Shown: positions 19,270 through 30,449 of the stretch, piece after piece
How positions within the stretch are numbered: the stretch's first letter is position 1
Layout: each line of letters begins with the position of its first letter
The notes under the pieces: model-generated
What the model was told of the DNA's origin: nothing
What the model saw: only the letters and a program-made list of their open reading frames with translations
Databases searched by the model: none
From: Trueperaceae bacterium
GTDB taxonomy: Bacteria; Deinococcota; Deinococci; Deinococcales; Trueperaceae
NCBI GenBank assembly: GCA_040905465.1
Contig: JBBDRK010000030.1
Span: forward strand, 1 to 42,529
DNA: 42,529 nt
Direction: 5' to 3'
Program-made: the position numbers and the translations under genes

Positions 19270-19557
19270 TTACCGGTGCAGCCGCGGATCCAGATCGAGG
19301 TCGAGGACTCCACCTGCTTCTATCACTTGATCGAACTCCGGGTGGTTAGGGTTGACAAGGTAGTTCATGTACTCCGGCCGGTAGCGGAAACGCCGTGGCG
19401 TGATCACGCTGGGAACCGCAAGCACCACACTCGCCTGACCCTCGATCCACTCGTCACCTGCAACTTGACTACCGCGAGATTCGGGCCGGGCGTCCCACCC
19501 TGCCGGCAGCTCTTCTTCCTGTAGGACGGCTACTTCTTGTGGCGGAAAGCCGAATCT
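19270..19557 (-). pseudogene. C-terminal half of a RES-domain toxin (NAD+ phosphorylase family); no start codon
   Basis: Hand translation, not in the ORF track: RFGFPPQEVAVLQEEELPAGWDARPESRGSQVAGDEWIEGQASVVLAVPSVITPRRFRYRPEYMNYLVNPNHPEFDQVIEAGGVLDLDLDPRLHR*. RES hallmarks LPxGW, GDxW, LxVPS, NxLxNPxHP and DPRL. In-frame stop ~14 codons upstream with no start. Confidence 0.8.
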
Positions 19558-19611
19558 GGGAGTACCATCAGATGTGTATGATGTGTAATCTGCTCATCCT
19601 CAGGAGGATTC

Positions 19612-20466
19612 GTGCGAGCACTCGAAACCGCTTCCTCTTCTATTCGCACCCATCTCACCCGCTACCTGCTCGAGCTGCTTCACTTCGGCATCAAGAACGC
19701 ACGCGCCTGCCTGTTCCCTCTCTTCATCTTCCTGATGCTCGCTCTGTCTCGAATCCTGCCCCTCCCCATTGCCCGGTACGACTTTCTTCTGTTGGCCTGC
19801 CTGGGAATGCAGGCGTTCATGCTGGCTGTCGGGCTCGAGACCTGGGACGAACTCAAGGTCATCACCCTCTTTCACCTGCTCGGCCTCGGTCTCGAGCTGT
19901 TCAAGGTGCACGTAGGCTCCTGGTACTACCCGGAAGCTGCCATCATGCAGGTGTGGGACGTGCCGCTGTACAGCGGCTTCATGTACGCCAGCGTGGCGAG
20001 CTACATGATTCAGGCCTGGCGGCTGCTCGGGCTACGGTTCCTGCACTGGCCACCGGCTTACCAGGTGGTGCCGCTGGGTGCGCTCATCTACCTGAACTTC
20101 TTCACCAACTACATCCTGCCGGACATCCGCTTTTTCCTCATCGGGGCTGTGCTGGTGGTGTTCGGACAAACCTGGGTGGCGTTCACCCCGTCGGCGAAGC
20201 AGCGCGTCATACCGCTCGTGCTGGCGTTCCTGCTCATCGGCATCTTCGTCTGGTTCGCCGAGAACATCGCGACACTGCTCGGCGCCTGGCAGTACCCTGA
20301 CCAACAAGACGGCTGGCGTATGGTGAGCCCGCACAAGCTCTCCTCCTGGGCGCTGCTGGTGATCGTGAGCCTCATGGCCGTGGTGCAGCTCAAGCACGTC
20401 AAAGGCTCACGGGTGAATCAGAACCAGGATGTGGTGGTGGTGGATCGGGAACGCACCGATGAATAG
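19612..20466 (+). CDS. DUF817 (YoaT-like) membrane protein
   Basis: RYDFLL, LETWDELKVITLFHLLG, GSWYYPE, PLYSGFMYASVASY, WFAENIAT..GAWQYP. SD aggagg. Confidence 0.85.
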   Translation: MRALETASSSIRTHLTRYLLELLHFGIKNARACLFPLFIFLMLALSRILPLPIARYDFLLLACLGMQAFMLAVGLETWDELKVITLFHLLGLGLELFKVHVGSWYYPEAAIMQVWDVPLYSGFMYASVASYMIQAWRLLGLRFLHWPPAYQVVPLGALIYLNFFTNYILPDIRFFLIGAVLVVFGQTWVAFTPSAKQRVIPLVLAFLLIGIFVWFAENIATLLGAWQYPDQQDGWRMVSPHKLSSWALLVIVSLMAVVQLKHVKGSRVNQNQDVVVVDRERTDE

Positions 20467-21457
20467 CCGGTTCAGGAAGACAGCGATCTCTGCCGCCGTC
20501 ACCGGCTTGGCACTCTCGATCGTGGCAGTCGTCATCCTGAGCATGTCCCATTCCGCACTGTCTGGCGATGTCACCAACGCCATGACGCTTGCCGGCGGGC
20601 GCGTAAGCCTCGACGCTCCCGCGAAGCTTGCGCTGGCAATCAGTCAGGAACAGTTGCTGGAATCGTCCAGCCCGCCTCCCTGCGCCGAGGGTTTCACCTA
20701 CTGCTTCTACCCGCCGACCGGATCCTTCGAGAACACCGATTTCCGCTCGGCCGGACTGGGAGTCTTCCGTCGGGAGGACCTGAGAGCGGAGGTCTCATGC
20801 CTGCTCGCGCAACCGGACGGCTGGTCGAACCTTCAGCCCGGCATCGTACGGCGCAACACTTCGTCGACGTCCAGGTTCGGCAACACGGGCCAAGGCGCGG
20901 CCGGCAGCTTCACGAGCGGCGAGGTGCTGCGGCTCTTCGACGGCGAGGAGTGCTGGGAGTTCGAGGTTCGCGTCGCCCAGACCCGCTACGAGAATTACGA
21001 ACCGGGCACCATCGATCGGTTCACGGACGAGCAGAGGATTCAGGTCGAGAAGACGCTCTGGTCAATCCTCGAGAGCGCTACGCTGACATCGGGCGGGCCT
21101 GTCGAGTGGCCGGATTCCGGCTCGAGCGACCTGTCCGCGTTCGTGCGGGTGGATTTGCCGGCCGTCGCGACGAGCCCACTGCGGATAACGGGCGAAGCCT
21201 GGGGCCCTTGGTTCTTCGAGGGCTCCTTTCCGGTGACCCTCGACGCGGATGACGGCCGTGAACTTGCCGCGAGCTACGTCACCGCCCAAGGCGAATGGAT
21301 GGTCGAGGACTTCGTGCCGTTCGAGGGCGAACTGGAGTTCAAGGTCGACCATCCAATGCGTGCAAACCTGGTGCTTCACAGGGACAACCCGTCCGACCTG
21401 CGTGAACACGATGCAGCCGCCCGGTTCGAGCTGGATCTTCAGCCTGAATTCGAGTAG
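20459..21457 (+). CDS. Membrane-anchored/secreted protein with C-terminal Gmad2 Ig-like domain
   Basis: N-terminal TM segment. C-terminal ITGEA.GPWFFEGSFPV...GEWMVEDFVPFEG...DNPSDL. Start overlaps the end of the DUF817 gene. Confidence 0.7.
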   Translation: MNSRFRKTAISAAVTGLALSIVAVVILSMSHSALSGDVTNAMTLAGGRVSLDAPAKLALAISQEQLLESSSPPPCAEGFTYCFYPPTGSFENTDFRSAGLGVFRREDLRAEVSCLLAQPDGWSNLQPGIVRRNTSSTSRFGNTGQGAAGSFTSGEVLRLFDGEECWEFEVRVAQTRYENYEPGTIDRFTDEQRIQVEKTLWSILESATLTSGGPVEWPDSGSSDLSAFVRVDLPAVATSPLRITGEAWGPWFFEGSFPVTLDADDGRELAASYVTAQGEWMVEDFVPFEGELEFKVDHPMRANLVLHRDNPSDLREHDAAARFELDLQPEFE

Positions 21458-21462
21458 TCCGG

Positions 21463-22918
<1,456 letters not shown>

Positions 22919-23086
22919 GTTGGCTCCGGGCGCCTGCCGGTATGGCGGCAAGGATACCGCGCCGTTCCCATCGCCGGCTCGTTTCTCCCGTGTGCACCCT
23001 ACGGGAACTGCTACCCTCTCAAGGTACGGAGAAGATGCCGCGCGGGGAGGCGCGGCGGCCCGGCATCCGCCTGCGAAGGAGAAACG

Positions 23087-24094
23087 ATGGGACGTCCCGT
23101 AACGTTGTTCACCGGCCAATGGGCCGATATGCCGCTCGCCGAGCTCGCGCCGCTGGCCAAGGAGATAGGGTACGACGGGCTCGAGCTGGCCTGCTGGGGT
23201 GATCACTTCGAGGTGCGTAGGGCACTGGCCGACGAGAACTATGTCCGCGGCCGGCTCGAGGTGCTGCATCGCAACGGACTCGAGTGCTTCGCGATAGGCA
23301 ATCACCTGGCAGGTCAGGCGGTCTGCGACCGGATCGATTCCCGCCATCAGGCGATACTCCCTGAACACGTCTGGGGTGACGGCGACCCCGAGGGAGTGCG
23401 CCAGCGGGCCGCGCAGGAGATGATCGACACCGCCCGCGCCGCTGCCGGACTGGGCGTTTCGGTGGTCACCGGCTTTACCGGCTCTTCGATCTGGCACTCG
23501 CTCTACGCATTCCCACCCACCACCCAGGACTACTGGGAAGCCGGCTTCCGCGACTTCGCCGATCGCTGGCTGCCGATCCTCGACGCCTTCGAAGACACCG
23601 GGGTCGATTTCGCCCTGGAAGTGCACCCGAGCGAGATCGCCTTCGACACTGCATCGGCTGCGAGAGCGCTGGAGTCGGTGCGGCATCATCCACGCTTCGG
23701 TTTCAACTACGACCCGTCTCACCTCGGTTACCAAGGCGTCGATTACGTCGCGTTCCTGCGCGCATTCCCGGAACGGATCTACCACGTCCACATGAAAGAC
23801 GCCTGGTGGGGCCGTGGCGACGGCAGCGTTGGCGTGTTCGGAGGCCACACCAGCTTCGGCGATGCCCGGCGCTACTGGGACTTTCGCTCGGTCGGCCGCG
23901 GCGACATCGACTTCGAAGAGATCATCGTCGCGCTCAACGACATCGGTTACGCCGGACCGTTATCGGTCGAGTGGGAGGACAGCCGAATGGACCGGGTCCA
24001 CGGAGCACGCGAGTCGGCGGCGTTCGTTGCCGGACTGGACTTCGAGCCCTCTGCGCTGGCGTTCGACGCCGCTTTCGAGAAGGAGGGCTCGTGA
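23087..24094 (+). CDS. Sugar phosphate isomerase/epimerase-like TIM-barrel protein
   Basis: [43 protein letters not shown] metal-binding pattern. SD aaggag. Confidence 0.88.
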   Translation: MGRPVTLFTGQWADMPLAELAPLAKEIGYDGLELACWGDHFEVRRALADENYVRGRLEVLHRNGLECFAIGNHLAGQAVCDRIDSRHQAILPEHVWGDGDPEGVRQRAAQEMIDTARAAAGLGVSVVTGFTGSSIWHSLYAFPPTTQDYWEAGFRDFADRWLPILDAFEDTGVDFALEVHPSEIAFDTASAARALESVRHHPRFGFNYDPSHLGYQGVDYVAFLRAFPERIYHVHMKDAWWGRGDGSVGVFGGHTSFGDARRYWDFRSVGRGDIDFEEIIVALNDIGYAGPLSVEWEDSRMDRVHGARESAAFVAGLDFEPSALAFDAAFEKEGS

Positions 24095-25245
24095 TCCGGG
24101 AGCCTCGCTACCCGCTGCGACTGGGCATGGTGGGCGGCGGCAAGGACGCCTTCATCGGCGGCGTGCACCGCATGGCGGCACGCCTCGACGGCAACTTCTC
24201 GCTCGTTGCCGGCGCGCTGTCGGCCACGCCCGAGAAGTCCCGCAAATCGGGAAACCGACTGGGCCTGCCGGACGACCGCATCTACGGCAGTTGGCAGGAG
24301 ATGCTGCAGGGCGAGCGGGCGATGCTCGAAGGTGACCGCATCGATGCCGTGACCATAGTTACCCCTAACTCGGTGCACTTTCCGGTGGCCAAGGCGTTCG
24401 TCGAGGCAGGGATCCACGTGATCTGCGACAAGCCGCTCACCACCACCAGCGGACAGGCTGACGAGCTGGTCGAAGCGGTGGAGCGTTCCGGGACGATATT
24501 CGCGGTGACCTACAACTACAGCGGCTATCCGATGGTCAAGCAGGCGCGCGAGATGGTCCGGGAGGGCCGACTCGGCCAACTGCGCAAGGTGATAGTGGAG
24601 TACAACCAGGGCTGGCTGGCAACCAATCTCGAGGAGCAGGGCGCCAAGCAGGCCGAGTGGCGGACCGATCCGGCACGCAGCGGCGCCGGCGGAGCCATAG
24701 GCGACATCGGCTCGCATGCCGAGAACCTGGTCGCCACCGTCACCGGCCTGGAGATCGAGGCTATCTGCGCCGAGCTCACCACCTTCGTCCCCGGGCGGAG
24801 GCTCGACGACGACGCGAACCTGTTGATCCGCTACCGCGGCGGTGCACGGGGGGTGCTGATCGCCTCGCAGATCGAGGTGGGAGAGGAGAACGACCTGCGT
24901 ATTCGCGTATACGGCACGGACGGGTCGCTCAGCTGGCGCCAGGAGGACCCGAACCACCTCCTCTTCCGGCAGTTGGACGACCCGGCCCAGATATTCACCC
25001 GCAACGGCGGCGGCTACCTCAGCGAGGCGGCGACGGCCCACAGCCGCCTCCCCTCCGGTCACCCCGAGGCCTTCATCGAGGCATTCGCCAACGTCTACGG
25101 CAACGTAGCGGCGGCGATTCGCGGCGAAAGCGCCGACTATCCCGGCGTTCGTGACGGCGCCCGCGGCGTTCACTTCATCGAGAAAGCCGTCGAAAGCAGT
25201 AGCAGCGAACGGAAGTGGACCGACTTCAAATGGAGCGGGGCGTGA
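24091..25245 (+). CDS. Gfo/Idh/MocA family oxidoreductase
   Basis: [47 protein letters not shown] overlap with the upstream stop. Confidence 0.9.
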   Translation: MIREPRYPLRLGMVGGGKDAFIGGVHRMAARLDGNFSLVAGALSATPEKSRKSGNRLGLPDDRIYGSWQEMLQGERAMLEGDRIDAVTIVTPNSVHFPVAKAFVEAGIHVICDKPLTTTSGQADELVEAVERSGTIFAVTYNYSGYPMVKQAREMVREGRLGQLRKVIVEYNQGWLATNLEEQGAKQAEWRTDPARSGAGGAIGDIGSHAENLVATVTGLEIEAICAELTTFVPGRRLDDDANLLIRYRGGARGVLIASQIEVGEENDLRIRVYGTDGSLSWRQEDPNHLLFRQLDDPAQIFTRNGGGYLSEAATAHSRLPSGHPEAFIEAFANVYGNVAAAIRGESADYPGVRDGARGVHFIEKAVESSSSERKWTDFKWSGA

Positions 25246-25330
25246 CCGGCGTTTCGCGGCTGGGGGCCGCCGTTCCGCGGGCCGGCGCCGTCCTCGAGCT
25301 CGTTCGCGCCGAGGGTCGACGAGGCGGCCG

Positions 25331-26491
25331 GTGAATTACCGACCTCGTCCCGAGCACAAGTTCACTTTCGGCCTGTGGACCGTGGGCAACGTCGGTCGCG
25401 ACCCGTTCGGCGACCCCACCAGGTCGCCCTTCGATCCGGTCCGGCTGGTAGCGAAACTCGCCGAACTGGGGGCCTGGGGAGTGAACCTGCACGACAACGA
25501 TCTGCTGCCGGCGGGCACTGGTTCCACCGATCGAGACCGGATCGTGCGCGACTTCAAGCGGGCCCTGTCGGACCACGGCATGGTGGTGCCGATGGCGACG
25601 ACGAACCTCTTCTCCGATCCGGTTTTCAAGGACGGGGCGTTCACCAGCGCCGACGGCAGGGTTCGGGCCTACGCGCTGCAGAAGACCATGCGGGCGATGG
25701 ACCTCGGCGCAGAGCTGGGCGCAAAGACGTACGTGTTCTGGGGCGGCCGCGAAGGCGGCGAGGTCGACGCGGCCGGCAAGCTCGTCGACGCCATCTCATG
25801 GTATCGCGAGGCGCTCGACTTCCTGTGCGCCTACTCCGAGGACCAGGGTTACGGGATGCGCTTCGCGCTCGAACCGAAGCCGAACGAGCCGCGCGGCGAC
25901 ATCTTCTTTCCGACGGTGGGGTCGATGCTCGGGTTCATCGCCACGTTGGAGCGGCCCGAAATGGTCGGTGTGAATCCGGAGTTCGCGCACGAGACCATGG
26001 CCGGGCTCTCGTTCCCACATGCGCTGGCCCAGGCACTCGACGCCGGCAAACTGTTCCACGTGGATCTCAACGACCAGAAGATGGGCCGCTTCGACCAGGA
26101 CCTGCGCTTCGCCGCCGAGAACCAGAAAAGCGCGTTCTTCACGGTGCAACTGCTCGAGTCCAGCGGCTACGACGGGCCGCGGCACTTCGACGCTCATGCC
26201 CTGCGCAGCGAGGACGAAGCCGGCGTGTGGGAGTTTGCCGCCGGCTGCATGCGCTCCTACCTGATCCTCAAGGAGAAGGCCGAGCGCTTCCAGGCTGACG
26301 CCGAGATCCAGGAGGCGCTGGCCGCTTACCGGGTGGCGGACGAGCAGTTCGGCGCCACCTTGCCCTACTCGCGAGAGAGCGCCGGTCGTTTGAAAGCCCG
26401 GGCGTTCGACCTCGATGAGTTGCGTCGCCGCGGGCCCGGGCTCGAGCGGTTGGACCAACTGACCGTCGAACTGCTCCTCGGCGTTCGCTGA
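25331..26491 (+). CDS. xylA: Xylose isomerase (class I, Thermus/Streptomyces type)
   Basis: [61 protein letters not shown]. Confidence 0.96.
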   Translation: MNYRPRPEHKFTFGLWTVGNVGRDPFGDPTRSPFDPVRLVAKLAELGAWGVNLHDNDLLPAGTGSTDRDRIVRDFKRALSDHGMVVPMATTNLFSDPVFKDGAFTSADGRVRAYALQKTMRAMDLGAELGAKTYVFWGGREGGEVDAAGKLVDAISWYREALDFLCAYSEDQGYGMRFALEPKPNEPRGDIFFPTVGSMLGFIATLERPEMVGVNPEFAHETMAGLSFPHALAQALDAGKLFHVDLNDQKMGRFDQDLRFAAENQKSAFFTVQLLESSGYDGPRHFDAHALRSEDEAGVWEFAAGCMRSYLILKEKAERFQADAEIQEALAAYRVADEQFGATLPYSRESAGRLKARAFDLDELRRRGPGLERLDQLTVELLLGVR

Positions 26492-27975
26492 TGGCCGGCC
26501 GTTCACAATCGATCATCGGACTCGGGCTCGACGTAGGCACCTCCGGGCTCAAGGCGCTGGCCGTCGACGAGCACGGGCAGGTAGTGGCGGAGGCCGAGGA
26601 GTCGTATCCGCTCCTCACGCCGCGGCCGGGTTGGAGCGAGCAGGAGCCCGAGGCCTGGTGGGCGGCCGCCCGCACGGCCCTCAAGGAGCTGTCCGGGCGA
26701 CTGCCGGCCTCCGGACGGGTCGTGGCGTTGGGCCTGAGCGGCCAGATGCACGGAATGGTGGCGCTCGACGGAAAAGGCTCGGTCGTCCGGCCCGCGCTGC
26801 TGTGGAACGATCAGCGCACCGGCGACGCGGTGCGCGCCATCGAGCGCGCGGTGCCGCGCCGGAAGCTGATCGAGCGGACCGGCAATCCGGCGATCACCGG
26901 CTTCCAGGTGGCGAAGGTGGTGTGGCTGAAGGCCAACGAACCCGACGCATTCGCCGCCACCGAACACGTGCTGTTCCCCAAGGATTTCCTCGGCTACCGG
27001 CTCACCGGCGAAATGTACGCGGAGCCGAGCGACGCCTCCGGCTCCAACGTCTTCAACCTCCACGCCATGGCCTGGGATGGCGACATTCTGGGCGCCCTCG
27101 GGTTGCCAGCGCGGCTGTGGCCACAGGTCGTGCCATCAAAGGCGGTCGTAGGGCACGTTCTTCCGCGGTTGGCGGAGGAGCTGGGGCTACCGGAGGGACT
27201 CGACGTGGTGGCCGGCGCCGGTGACAATGCCGCCGCCGGCTACGGAATGGGGCTGGGCCAAGCACGGCCGCGGCTGGGCAGCGTCAGCCTCGGCACATCC
27301 GGCGTAGTCTTCGCACCGCAAGCCGAACCGAAACCGGATCCCGACGGTCGCGTACACCTCTTCTGCCACGCCGATGGCGGCTATCACCTGTTGGGTGTGA
27401 CCTTGGCGGCGGCCGGCAGCCTTCGCTGGTTTCGCGACACCTTCGCGGCGAACCGGTCCTTCGACGAACTGCTCGAGCTGGCGGCAGACGTGGCGCCGGG
27501 CGCCGGCGGCGTGACCTTCAAGCCCTACCTGGCGGGGGAGCGCACCCCCCACCTCGACCCGGACCTGCGCGGATCGCTGCACGGTCTCAGTCTGGCGACG
27601 GGACTGCCGGAGCTGGTGCGGGCGGTGCTGGAGGGGGTGGCGTTCAGCCTTCGCGACGCCCTGTCGGTGGTGTCGCCGCTCGCTCCCATCGACCGGGCGC
27701 TGCTCATCGGCGGGGGCGGGCGCTCGAAGTTGTGGGGACGCCTCCTGGCCGACGTGCTGGAGATTCCGCTGGGCATCTCAACCGCGGCTCACGGGGCTGC
27801 TTACGGTGCGGCCAGGCTGGCCCTGGAAACAGCCGGCGCGCCCTCGCCGCTCGCCGAGTCCGGACGGTACGACCAGAGGGACGCCCGCTGGCTCGAGCCC
27901 GGCGATTACGAGCCTTACGCCTCGGCATACCGGCGTTACCGGGAGTTGGGTCCGGAGCAGGGAGCCTCCAGCTGA
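26491..27975 (+). CDS. xylB: Xylulokinase
   Basis: GLDVGTSG, LSGQMHG, LWNDQRT, GAGDNAA, SLGTSG, PYLAGERTP. TGATG coupling to xylA. Confidence 0.95.
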   Translation: MAGRSQSIIGLGLDVGTSGLKALAVDEHGQVVAEAEESYPLLTPRPGWSEQEPEAWWAAARTALKELSGRLPASGRVVALGLSGQMHGMVALDGKGSVVRPALLWNDQRTGDAVRAIERAVPRRKLIERTGNPAITGFQVAKVVWLKANEPDAFAATEHVLFPKDFLGYRLTGEMYAEPSDASGSNVFNLHAMAWDGDILGALGLPARLWPQVVPSKAVVGHVLPRLAEELGLPEGLDVVAGAGDNAAAGYGMGLGQARPRLGSVSLGTSGVVFAPQAEPKPDPDGRVHLFCHADGGYHLLGVTLAAAGSLRWFRDTFAANRSFDELLELAADVAPGAGGVTFKPYLAGERTPHLDPDLRGSLHGLSLATGLPELVRAVLEGVAFSLRDALSVVSPLAPIDRALLIGGGGRSKLWGRLLADVLEIPLGISTAAHGAAYGAARLALETAGAPSPLAESGRYDQRDARWLEPGDYEPYASAYRRYRELGPEQGASS

Positions 27976-28097
27976 TCCGGTCTTTGTGGACCAGGTCCAC
28001 CTGCGGCCGCACCCCATTGGTTTACGGTTGATGCCAGAGGAACATTACCGGGAGCCGACACGGGCGTCGCCCGTTGGTTACCGATGGGGAGGGCAGC

Positions 28098-28655
28098 ATG
28101 AACGACAACCGCTCGAAGGACCGGGGCAAGCGGACGCTCACCGAGGTCCACGACAGCGAACCCGATCCGTTCACCGACCGGCAGAACTTCGAGCCCGAGC
28201 CGGCCGCCGGCGAGGTGGAAGACGATAGCGCCGAGTACGTCGATGCGGAAACCGGCGAGGTCGACGACGAAACCATCGAGCTGTCGGACGACACCGGCGG
28301 CCGCCGCTCGCGCAGCGACATCCGCGAGTACGCCCCTCGCGACACTGCCGAAAATCCTGCCGAGGACGAGCCACCACGAATGCACGACGACGACGATCCC
28401 TGGGGGGACGGAATTCACGACACGCCCATGGTCAAGAGGTATGAGGATATGGCCGACAGAGACGAATTGGCGCGACGAGTCGAGGAGCTGGTAGCCGACG
28501 CATACGATTGGCTGGGACGTGCCGAGGATGCCGACGCCCAGGAGATCTACGACACACTGCTCGACGTCTCCGAGCGCCTCGGCAACCCCTCGGAGGAGAC
28601 CACCAGGACCGAGCCGGGCGAGCCGCCGCCGGACCGGGACGAGACCGACGCCTGA
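28098..28655 (+). CDS. Hypothetical highly acidic, probably disordered protein
   Basis: ATG after SD gggaggg. Asp/Glu-rich, with a short helical segment. Codon usage looks like that of the coding genes. Confidence 0.65.
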   Translation: MNDNRSKDRGKRTLTEVHDSEPDPFTDRQNFEPEPAAGEVEDDSAEYVDAETGEVDDETIELSDDTGGRRSRSDIREYAPRDTAENPAEDEPPRMHDDDDPWGDGIHDTPMVKRYEDMADRDELARRVEELVADAYDWLGRAEDADAQEIYDTLLDVSERLGNPSEETTRTEPGEPPPDRDETDA

Positions 28656-28703
28656 GCCGGGTGGTCAGGCAGCGCGCCACATCGCGCGTGAGCGCGCCCG
28701 ATC

Positions 28704-29642
28704 CTAGCGGGCAGCGAACAGTTCGCTGAGCTCGAGCGTCACCGCCTCGAGCGCCCAGCCTTCGTTGCGCCCGCTCTTCATCGCCCGATCCGCCCGCAGG
28801 ATAGTGCTCAGCGCCTGTCGCAACCGCTCCTCGTCGAGTCGGGCGGCGATACCCAGCGCCTTCCTGGCCACGAACGGCTTGATACCCAGCACTTGCGCGG
28901 CTTCGGACTCCTGCACCCGCGGACGTCCCTCCCGCAGCGCCACGCAGCGAGCCACCTGGTCGTACTGCCAGGTGAGTGCCCCGAGCACGCGGACGGGCGC
29001 CTCGCCCTGGGCGACCAGCGAATGGCACACCGCCAGCGCCGAGGCGCTATCGCCCTTGGAGAGCGCCTCTATCAGGTCGAAGGCGTCGCGAGCGGCCAGC
29101 CGGCCGGCGATCACCCTGACTCGTTCGGAGTTCAGCTTCTCGTCCAACACCTGCAGTTTGGTGATCTCCCCGGCGATTCCCGGGAGATCTTCGGCGAACA
29201 GGTCGACCAGCGTGTCGGGCACATCTCGTTCGAAGCTCAGGCCCGCGCCCTCCAACTCGCTCCTGACCCACTGAGTCAGCGCTCCGAAACGGGGCGTGGG
29301 CAGGTGCTGGTGGCGACCCAACTCCCGGAAGCGCTTCTGCCGGGCGGCGGTGGCCGTCAGGTCGACGACCACCACGACGGTGTCTTCCGGGACATTCGCC
29401 AGCGCCGCCATGACATCGTTGCGCGGCTTGACACCGCCCTTGCCGGAAAAGGCCGCGTCGAACTCGAGCAGCAGTCCCACCCGGCCGAAGAGCCCGCCCT
29501 GGGCGGCGCTCTGAGCGACGGTCTGGCCGTCCATGCCGTCGCCGAGCTCGATAACCTCGTCGGCGGCCAGTCCCTCCTGACGCAGGGCGTTCCTGGCGGC
29601 GCGGGTCGCCAGAAACGGGTCACCGCTGAACGAGAGGATCAC
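28704..29642 (-). CDS. holA: DNA polymerase III delta subunit
   Basis: SGDPFLA N-terminus, GLFG, EITKL, AFDLIEA, KPFVARK, ADRAMKSG. Lies downstream of comEC. Confidence 0.85.
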   Translation of the reverse strand: MILSFSGDPFLATRAARNALRQEGLAADEVIELGDGMDGQTVAQSAAQGGLFGRVGLLLEFDAAFSGKGGVKPRNDVMAALANVPEDTVVVVVDLTATAARQKRFRELGRHQHLPTPRFGALTQWVRSELEGAGLSFERDVPDTLVDLFAEDLPGIAGEITKLQVLDEKLNSERVRVIAGRLAARDAFDLIEALSKGDSASALAVCHSLVAQGEAPVRVLGALTWQYDQVARCVALREGRPRVQESEAAQVLGIKPFVARKALGIAARLDEERLRQALSTILRADRAMKSGRNEGWALEAVTLELSELFAAR

Positions 29643-29645
29643 AGT

Positions 29646-30389
29646 TCAGCTCGTGACAGGCTCGAGCGCGGCCAGCATCGCCTTGGCAGACGGGAAGCGC
29701 TCCTCGGGATCGCGCCGCAGGGCCCGGTGCACCACCTCGTGGAGGCCGCCCGGCAGGGGAGCCAACGGCGTCAGCTCGATGCTCTTGTCGCCCACCAGGA
29801 AACGCAGGACCTGGCCGCCGAACGGCGGGGCGCCGCTGAGCATGTGGTAGAGCACGGCGCCCACCGCGTAGACGTCGCTGCGCCTCTCGGTGCGAACCCC
29901 CTGGAACTGCTCCGGAGCCATGTAGCTCGGCGTGCCGAGCATGGTCTGTTCGCCGGTGATGTTGGTGAGCGCGAGGTCCTTGGCGAAGCCGAAATCGGTC
30001 AGCAGGCAACGCTCGCCCTTGACGAGGATGTTGGCGGGCTTGACGTCCAGATGGATAACGCCCCGTGCATGGGCATAGTCGAGAGCGGAGAGCACGTCGT
30101 GGGCGACCCGCAGGCTGCGGCCCAGCGACAGCGATCCCTCCTCCAGCGCCTCGGCTACGCTCACGCCGGGACAGTACGAGTAGATGAGCGACCCTTCGTG
30201 CGAGCCCAGGAGCGGAACGATGTTGGGATGGTCGAGCTTGTGTACGACCTCGGCTTCACGCTCGAGCCGAGCCGCGAGTACCGGGGACACGCCTTGAAGA
30301 CGTTTGACGACAACCAACTGACCGCGCCAGCGTGCCAACTCCACGCGCATCGGTCCTTGGGCTGACAGGACGCGTACCGGTGTCAGCAT
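29646..30389 (-). CDS. Hanks-type Ser/Thr protein kinase, stand-alone catalytic domain
   Basis: VVVKRL, REAEV..LDHPNIV, HLDVKPANIL, TDFGFAK, GTPSYMAPEQ, SDVYAVG, DPEERF. Confidence 0.92.
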   Translation of the reverse strand: MLTPVRVLSAQGPMRVELARWRGQLVVVKRLQGVSPVLAARLEREAEVVHKLDHPNIVPLLGSHEGSLIYSYCPGVSVAEALEEGSLSLGRSLRVAHDVLSALDYAHARGVIHLDVKPANILVKGERCLLTDFGFAKDLALTNITGEQTMLGTPSYMAPEQFQGVRTERRSDVYAVGAVLYHMLSGAPPFGGQVLRFLVGDKSIELTPLAPLPGGLHEVVHRALRRDPEERFPSAKAMLAALEPVTS

Positions 30390-30396
30390 TGCGCAC

Positions 30397-30402
30397 AATT
30401 TA
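30397..30402 (-). promoter_or_regulatory. Putative extended -10 box (TGtTAAATT), leaderless kinase-holA transcript
   Basis: TANNNT with TGn, 7 nt upstream of ATG 30389, in a locally AT-rich patch. Confidence 0.5.
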
Positions 30403-30449
30403 ACACAGGCCGGCATCGCCGCCCGCGGGCCTCCTCCCGAGGGGCGCTC

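Noticed and set aside
19352-19357. Perfect TTGACA -35 hexamer
   Set aside because: There is no -10 at 16-18 nt spacing, and it falls inside the RES remnant coding sequence.
23033-23067. GC-rich hairpin (gatgccg...cggcatc) upstream of the sugar operon SD
   Set aside because: Such stems arise readily at this GC content; it has no U-tract and matches no motif I recognise.
22919-23848. Long N-terminal extension on meaB (623-aa ORF)
   Set aside because: It is antisense to the TIM-barrel gene; a SD-preceded ATG lies at 22918.
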